A model generated the notes under the pieces. The model made no database searches, had not been told where the DNA came from, and saw only the letters and a list, made by a program, of their open reading frames with translations. Position numbers and translations under genes: made by a program. From Candidatus Omnitrophota bacterium (GTDB lineage: Bacteria > Omnitrophota > Gorgyraeia > Zapsychrales > JANLHA01), in contig JAKQKX010000073.1 in assembly GCA_029560465.1 (NCBI GenBank), positions 79,411-143,410 on the forward strand: a stretch of 64,000 bases of DNA, written 5' to 3'. Of this stretch, positions 54,301 through 63,300 are shown piece by piece; within the stretch, counting starts at the first letter, position 1, and every line of letters starts with the position of its first letter.

Positions 54301-57300
54301 GTTTGTTGGTTTCTTATTCTCGTGAAGTTAATGATAAGCCCGAGCGGGCGATTGAGGCTAGGGCGGAAATCACCCGGGCAAAGACGTATATTAAAGAGAA
54401 CTATATCGCCTCCGCCGATGATTTGGTTAAATACAGCGATGCTTTGGACATATCGCCTAAGGGCCAGGCTTTGGTTGCGGCTTATACCAGGCTTCGTGAT
54501 GATGAAATTCACATTACTTTGCCGCGCATGGCTGATGTCGCTAAGATTTCCAACACCGAAGCGCAGGAAATATTCGACGCAGAAATCCGGCCGGTAATAA
54601 AGATTGCTGAGCAGAAGCTCCCCGCCGATCAGGAAATCATGGCGATTATGGATAGTGCGGAAGCGGATGACTTGGAAGAAAAGGCTTTTGCGAGCCTTGA
54701 GAGCGATATCCGGGACGCGGTTAATAAAGGCGAGTTTGCGACGTATGATGATGTGGTGGCTGTCACGCAGGGCATGACACAGTCGACGAAGCACCGGGTG
54801 TTGGGTAAGCTGCAGAGCTGGCAGTTGTCCGGCAGAGATTTTAAGAATATCCAAGAGGCGGCCACGCAAGCCGAGGCCGTGGCGCCGCGGCCAGTCCAAG
54901 TGATGGGGCATGTGGTCAGAGTTCATAATCAAGTTAAATCGTCAAAGTTGCAGAATTTACAGTCTAACGACGATTTGGTGCCCAGGATCCAGGAATTTTA
55001 TGCCGGGATTGAAGGCTTCCACTTAAAAGGTAATTTAAAAGGGCTTGAAAGAGCGCACATAGGCAATCAGCGGGCTATTTTCAGGCAACTTAATAATGGC
55101 GGAGTTGTCCTCCTCGGCGTAGAAAACAGGGGTGACATTGATTATGGTGCTTATGAAAAATTCACTCCGGCTAACATGTCAGACGAGGAGTTGCTGGCGA
55201 AGTCTTATGAGTTAACAGAAAAAGTTTCGTCTCCGATTGAATCTCAGGATAGAATTGCCGTGGTTGTCTCCCGGGATTCTAAAGATATTGATTATGAAGA
55301 TCTCCGTACCTTGACCGGCGCAGTAAATAATGCGTCCCCAGATCAGCGCTCTGTGGTTTTGGCTAAGATTTCCGATGTGATGAAGTCGAATCCCAAGATA
55401 GAGAGCGAAATTCGATCGCAGGGTGAAGTCGTTCTTGATGTTCAGCCGCCGGCCGGGTATAGCGAACTCGTGACTCTCACGCCGGAACAGGTGCAGAATC
55501 TTTCTCCGAAGATGGCAAACTTGAGTCCTTACCGTACCGAAAGAGCTATCTTGGCGGTTGTGGCGCAGGATCCGGTTGTGTTAAAAGGTGACGGGACTGC
55601 TTATGATGGAAACAACCGCATTATTTGGGCGCAAAAAATGAATGCGCCGTTGAAGGCATACGTTCCTAAGGGGCAGAAGGAAATGCTTTTGGCGTCGTTA
55701 TCTCAGTCCAGCAGAGATAAGGGAACAGCCAGCAGCAGTCCGGTTGCGTGGCAATTAACGCAGAGTCCGGCTCGTCAAATGCCGTTAACTTCCCAGGAAA
55801 GAGCGCATTCTTTAGAAACAAAAGAGATCGTTAAACGAGGCGGTATGTTGCAGGTGTCCTCTTCTGTTGTGGCACGGCCATCGCCCATGGCTATGGCGCA
55901 GGCTCAGCCGGGCGGTATGATGCAGGTTTCTTCCGCGGTTGTCGAAAGGCCGTCACCGGTGGCTATGGCGCAGGCTCAACCAGGTGGATTGATGACCGTC
56001 TCTTCAACGGTTGTTAAAGAACAACAACAGTTTCCGGCGATATCCGTGCCGACCATAGAATCGCCAAAACCGTTTGAAGTGACAGCGCCTGCGATTATTG
56101 CGACACCGGAAGCCCCGGCCGTTACTTTGCCGATCACAACAATGCCGGTTTTCATGCCCTCTCCTTTAAGTGAAGCGCCGCGGGTTGAGGCTCGGCCGGC
56201 TGAAATAGCCTCGGCTTCGCGCAAAGAGGGCCGTTCTTCTCGTCAGAATAGTGAGTCATCAAGCGCAAAACCGGAAAAACGCGGTGGCATGATGCAGGTG
56301 TCCTCTTCTGTTGTGGCACGGCCATCGCCCATGGCTATGGCGCAGGCTCAACCGGGCGGCATGATGCAGGTTTCTTCCGCGGTTGTTGAAAGGCCGTCAC
56401 CGGTGGCTATGGCGCAGGCTCAGCCGGGCGGCATGATGCAGGTTTCTTCCGCGGTCGTTGAAAGGCCGTCTACGCAGATGGAAATAACTCAGCCGGGCGG
56501 CATGATGACAGTATCCTCTTCGATTATTGAGAAACCTCAAATTGCCAGTCTTGAGGCCGAAACATCTAGACCGTTTGAAATGACGGCCGTCGCTCCGGCC
56601 CTTTCAGCGCCGGTATTTCCAGTTCTATCTTCTCCGTTAAGTCAGAGCCTTATGCAACAAACAGAACAACCTTCCGTCCAATCTGCTCAGGCGGCTGATT
56701 TTATGGACAGGTCGGCTATTCAGCAGCAAGAACGCTTATCCGTTCCGTCCCAAACAACGATGTCTGGTGTTCGCCCGACGCCATCACCCGTGCGTAATCT
56801 TAATCTGACCAGGCCTGAAATGAACTTTGCGGCTATTCCTAAACCGGAAAAACGAGGCGGGATGCTTACGGTGTCTTCTACTGTTATTGACCGCCGGTCA
56901 TTGCCGGTTTCCGCCCAAGCCAAGGTTTCCAATCCTGAAGAAGATGCGGGCTTGTCTGCGGCAGAGATGGTTACTGAATTGCCGGTTAGTGCGCCCTTGT
57001 CTGCACCGATGCCGGTTCTTTCTGCTCCTATCGTTCTTCCCGCGTTCACAGGTGGCCCGTTTGCTTCTGAACAGCGGACTTTGACTACGGAGATTTCAAA
57101 AGATTTAGCGCAAGCAAATACTTATTATGATGCTCGCAGCCAGATCCAGCAGGAACAAGAAGGCGAGATACAAGATTTGTCATTCTGGGACATCACATCT
57201 GGTGCTATGAGCCAGGCTGTTTCCTTGGATGAGAAAGTCCGATTGGCTCATGATGCGAATAAATCCGTTGTGTTGTTTGAGCAAGGAAGAACCCTTCCTG

Positions 57301-60300
57301 AATTGTTGTCTGCCGCTAATAAGACAGTTGCCGAGACATCCCGGCCAGTCTATGTTTATGTTCCGACAATGGAATCCATGGAAGTGGAGCGTGTCGCCAC
57401 TCAGATGGGGATAAATTTACCGAAAGAGACTTTGGGGCAGATTTCACAACTTATGGCTGAAAAACCGCTTGTTTTGGGCGGCTTGGATACTTTAATCAGC
57501 GCTGTGCCGGAATTGGAAAAATACGATATCGTGCTGGTCAGGAATTTCATGATGGCTCTTCAGCAGGCCAGAAAAGCCCCGTTTGTGTCTTACCAGAAGA
57601 GCCTTGATGGAGAAATAATTTCTCAACGATTAGCGTTTGAGCAGTTGCCTAAGAATTATCCGATAGTTTTGTTAGGAAACGACGAGACCCTTAAACCGTC
57701 TTCCGAAGAGTTGCGTAAATATATCGTTGCCCGTAAACCATATTTGGATAATGAGCTGGTTCAGCATATTTTGCCGACAACAGAGCGGCTTCAGTTGGCT
57801 AAAGGGGAAATTTTGGAAATTGCACCGGTGTCGTCATCCATTTCGACAACTGCGGCAGAGAAAGAAGGGGCGGCGATTATTTATGCGGCCAGCCTTTCGG
57901 TTTCTGAGAAGATGGGTGTGATCGATTTTATCGGAAGATATCCCGAATTTAAAGATGGGACAACGAAGGTTGAGATAATTCGCGGGAAGGATCTTGAGTC
58001 AAAAATTTATATGGCTGATGACACGGGGAAGACCCGGACGGTTCTTATTCCCGAAGATGTGTTCTATAGTGTGATTTCTAACCCGGTTTTGGGAGAAAAG
58101 AATCAGCGGATTGGCATAGAGAAGAGCGACAGGGTTGATCTGGCCATGAAGACCGGGAAATATGCCCATTCGTTGCCATCGGAATATCATACAGTTGATT
58201 TAGGTCAGGTTTTGAAAAAGCATGACTTGACCTCCGGGTTGCAGATTACCGATGAAAATCCGCTTTTGGTTGCTTATGATCGCCGCGATTTTGACGTAGC
58301 TCAGGATCAGATGGAGAATATTTTGGTCTCTTTGGCGAAGACGGTTGATGTTTCCGATTTATCGCAGATCACCCGTCTCCAGGTTGTTCCTTCTGACATG
58401 AATCTGCCGGCGAAAATTATGTTGACGGACATGAACAAGCAAGGACAGCCCAAGACATTGATTTTGGCACAGTCTTTGATACAGAATCCCCAGGAGATTC
58501 AAAACGCTTCTTTGATGGTTGATAGTCGGAGTTCTATCGTGAGATTGGCAGAAAAGCAACGGGCAGAGACGATTGCCCGGAATCAGATTGATCCGGACGC
58601 AATTACGGTCGTACGCCTGCCGGGCGGGGACAGGGCTTATATCGAGAAGAATTTTGTTAGATTTGTCGACGACCGTGGCCGGGTCCGTAAACAGCAGATG
58701 GAGTTTAAGGGCGTTAATATTATTGAAGTGGGGCGCATTATTGCCGGGTTGAGCGATCAGCAGCGCAGGAGCTTGTACTTGATCGAGGCGGACAAAACAG
58801 CGGATATTTATGTGGATAAGGCTTCTGGAGAAAAGTGGCTTCCGGTTTCAGTTCATCTTGGTAGCACGAGATATTTGGCTTGGGCCAGATTTGATGAAGA
58901 GATGGAGTTGGCTGTGCCGGTTAACGGAAATCAATTGATTTACGCTGAGAAGATGGTCATGTCCGCGGTCAATGAAAGTGGCCGTCCACAGTTTAAGCCG
59001 GTCGGGTTTGATAAGCGCATTGATTTCGATACGTTAATGCCCGGCGCCGACTATTCGGTGGGTGACTATGTGGAATCGTTAACAAGGCAATTAGCGATGG
59101 AAGAAAACATTTCTATCGATTTTGTCAAAATTGATGATTTCAATTATTTTGTTAAGCCCACAGGCGTTCGGATTATTAAGAATGATAAAGGCCAGACGTA
59201 TTTGATTCTTGGAACCGAGTATGTTAAGGCCCAGAACGACCGGATCGCAGAGGCCCAGAAATATGATTTGGCCATCACAGATCCGTTAGGGATGTATCGA
59301 GCATTTATCGAAGAATCTCAGGCGAAAGAGCTTGAGGTCAAAGATGCGTTCGGTGTTTTTGTTGTGGCTGTGACGAACAAAGTCGGTCAGATTTTAACCA
59401 GAGATTCGAGATCTGGTGGGCAGGATCAAATCGCGTTGAAAGATATTCCGATCCTTTATACCACATTAACCGGGGAGCAAATTATTGTGGCTTCTACCAA
59501 GAAGTCTGATATTGAGCAATATCAGTTTGATATTGCTATTGATCGCGGCATCACGACACGTAAGGAACAGTTGGCCGAACCGAAGGTGTTCGAAGCAGTT
59601 CCGAGTTCAGCTCCTGTGACCACACTGCCGTTGTTGCCGGGCACAGATACTTCAATTATGCCTCCGATCGGCCTGTTGTCTCAGGCTGTTCCGGTTCAGG
59701 CAAGTACGACAGAAACAGTAGAAACAGCACAGATTGAGAAATTGGCTTTAGCCAGTATCCCGATTAGCGATGAAGAGCTTAATGGGCAATTATCAAAGGT
59801 GGGCAGTACGGTTGAGATGCTGGATATAGAAACAAATGAGGTTGGAAGAATCGTTTCTAACGTTCAGTTCAAGAATCCGTTCAGCGGTCAAGAAGTCCGG
59901 TTGGCCAGCGTAGAGATGAAGAATGGGGATGTCCAATCGTTTACTTTTGATGAGTTTAAGAAAAAGAATATTCGTATTGTTCGTCCTTCTGCCGAGCAAC
60001 CTTTGTCAGAAAAGACTAAAATCGCTTCGGCTCAAAAACAGCTTTCAAAACCGACTGCGGTTGAAATTCGACCGGCAGCTTCACCAGTACGTAATTTGCC
60101 GTCGACTGCTACGGAACGAACATGGGTAGATGCTCAGGCGACGAGAAAAGACCGGATGAAAGAACGCCAGTCTGGCGGGTTGTTAATGATGTCGGCTATG
60201 GTTATTATGAATCCGGCTGACGCGGCTGTCCAGGAAGGACAGTTTGAAGAGGCTAAAGATTCGTCATCGCCGATTATGGTGGCGTTAACCAATCCGATGG

Positions 60301-63300
60301 TGTTGCCGGAAGATGCTAGGGCTGGCGGTGTTCGAAAAGACAGCGTAAAGTATGTTGAGGTAGCCCGAGTGTCCTCTTCTCTGAAGCAGGCGGCTCCCGC
60401 GAAGATCACGGAAGTTCCTATGTTGGCAAAACAAATGCCGAATATAGCCACGATAAGTAGTTTGTCTCTTAATAATCGTGCAGCGTATGATATTTTAAGA
60501 ACCGCCATGACGCAGACCATGAATTCTCGGCAGGATAGAGCGGACTTATCTAGGGAAATGAACACTATTTTGGCAAGGGCGGCTCAGGAAGGGCAGCGAG
60601 TCATTAGCCCCGAAGGCTATCCGTTAACTGAAAAAGCCTTACAACAGTTATCAAAGCTCAAAACTAAAGAAGATCTTGCCGCTTTGGTTGGGAAAGACGG
60701 AGCTGAAAGCCTGTGGGATCAATTAAAAGACGCCTTGAAGATGCTTTTCGGCGGAGAAATCAAAGCGGATGAAAAAGAAGAGAGTGTTCACCTGGCTAAA
60801 GTCGACCAGGAGGCCATGCAGGGTGAAGGGGTGTTGACATCACCACAATATATAGAAGAAGGAACGGTGTCGACAGAAACAGGCGTTCTTAAGTCTGACG
60901 TGACTGTATTGAAGGAAGCTTCGAGGGCTCCTCCGGAGGAAATGAAAGCCGATGTAACGATTGCTGAAACAACGGTTAAGAAAGAGGATCAAGAAGCAGC
61001 TCCGACGCTTGCAACAGCGCCTCCGTTAGCGCCGCCGATTGTTAGTCCGGAAACATTGGTACCTCAATTACCAGCACAAACAGCCCCGTCTTCACCGATA
61101 TTTGTGCCTGTATTGCCTATTGCCGCATTTACTCTGGGTAAGGCGACGACCTTGCCGTCTAACCAAAAGAATCCGATAGAAGGACGTAAAGAAACCGGAA
61201 CAAAGGGCATTCCTGTTACGAGTATGCCATTTAGTTCCTCAGTTCCTGTTGAGGAAGAGCCTGTGCCTGGAGGCGGATCAACAGGGCCTGTGAGTGGCTC
61301 TACGAAAGCCAAGACTGCTTTAGTTATTGCGTATGTCAGGGATATGGCAGCGAATAAGGGAGCTGTTGCCAGCGCTCCGGTTGTTAAACCCGAAGCGAAG
61401 CGACAGCATGTAGATTTAAGTACTGACAAAGAATCTAAAAAGAATTTTAGAAGTTCTGGTTCTAGTCCTACGCCGTGGGGCGCTGCCGAGACTTCCTCAA
61501 GTCTCCAGGCAGGAAAATCCGAAGAGAGGACAAGACTTGAACGTGTTGTAATGGTTGTAACGGTTGGTGTGCGTACGGCTGAAACGATAGCAGGTAATGA
61601 AGAGTTAAAAACTAATTGGGTGAGAAACGCCAATCGCGGTAACGATAACGCGAACGGTGTAAGCAGCGCAATCGTTGAATCGGCTCGTGTGACCATCGCT
61701 GCATCGAAAGCGGTCACATCAGAGTTAAAAACTGGTTGGGTGAGAAACGTCAGCCGTAGTGACGATAATACGGTTGGTGGTGGCAAAGAAATCGTCAATA
61801 TTGTAACTAGCAGTACGGTTCTCTCGGCGAAGACAGAAGCCGAGGATGAGTTAGAGACTCGATGGGTGAGCGCCGATCGCGAAGGCGTTAGCGCGATAGG
61901 TGTAGAAGGTGCATACGCCAAAGCCGGTTCTTTGAGAACGTCTGGTATTAATGGCTTAGCTGCCATCAATTGGTTTGGCCTCTTCGGAGGTTTTGCCAAG
62001 GCAATTAAGGCTGTTTTGACTGGATGGTTACAGAGAATTGCTAGATCTGGGTCTGGTAACGGGTCTAGAGAGGGTACATTACCGGAAGCTGTGCCTGCAG
62101 CCAGCTATAGCCTTGAGGGTTCTATCGTCAAGGTGGCTGAAGGAATATTCGTGGCTGCCAAGTCTACGCTGACGAAAGTTGGTGAGTGGCTGAAGCAGTA
62201 TGCGAACCGTGTTGTAACGATTCTTAGAACGTACGACAGCAAATGGACTAATCGCTCTGTACTTATCATTGGCGTTGTCGAGGATACGACTACAAGTGAA
62301 GGTGTGCATGCATCTGCGCTTGGAAGCGAATCTGGTAGCATGGCTGGTGATAGGTCTGGTACACATTCAAATGATGTGTTTGGTGTGTCCAGTGTAATCA
62401 GTAATGGATATGACTATCTGTATAGTCGTATTGATTCCATTGCTGGTGTTGAAACAGTTGTATCTCGTTCTGTTAAAGGTAGTGCTGACAGATTAGCGGT
62501 ATTGCTTAGTGCCAATGCTGGTAGTGTGGCTGACGTAACAAGCGATTCTGGTGTTCTGTCCAACAATGCTCTCAGGGGTTCGGCTGTAAGTGTTGCTGAT
62601 GTCTCTGAGAAAGAGTCCTTTGGTGCGCTTGATCAAGAGATTGGTCAAGGATATGTAGCTGTTGATGTAAGCTATATCAAAGGTTTGCGGTTTGATGGAT
62701 GTGTAGCTTCTGTGCTCAGTAATGGGTATGGATTAAGCACATTGGCATCAACTTCGATTCTTGGCGCTTTGGTCAGTGATGATCTGAGTTCTAAGAATGT
62801 GACCTTTGTGTTAGGTTATGTGAATAATCTGACTGCTACATCTAAGGTTGCGTATGTAGGTGCTATAAAGGGTATTGCTGGTAAGGCTGCCATATCGTTA
62901 GTTGCGCTGAAGCAGTTACATGAGGTTGAGGCGTTAAGCGGTTCTGTGGATCTGTATAGTAGAGTTCTTGGAGTGTCTGCCTCTATAAGGGTAAGTACTT
63001 CCAAGGATAAAGCCTTTACGCAAAAGCTTGATCGAAGTAACGTTCAGGCCATTGTTGCTGAAGCAGTATTAACTGAAGGTGTGTTGGCTGGAGAAGGTGT
63101 CCTGGCTGAAGGAACTGAAGGTGTTCTGATGCCGGTTGAAGCTATATCCAGTCCGGTTCTTAGTATACAGCCTGAAAAGGTCGAAGGTGCTAAGAATGCT
63201 GCCTTTGGTGTGAGGCTTGGTCAAGAAATTGATCAGGTAATACCTGCTGAAGATGCGTTCAATGTATCTGCTGAGGTTGTGCTTAGCAGCGTTAATGAAT

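Noticed and set aside
55839-56530. Possible CRISPR array
   Set aside because: Units are in-frame 72-nt coding repeats without unique spacers, and no cas genes are present.
57230-57800. Degenerate AAA+ domain (PLVLGGLDTL, PIVLLGN)
   Set aside because: No Walker A motif; the resemblance is too weak without a profile search.
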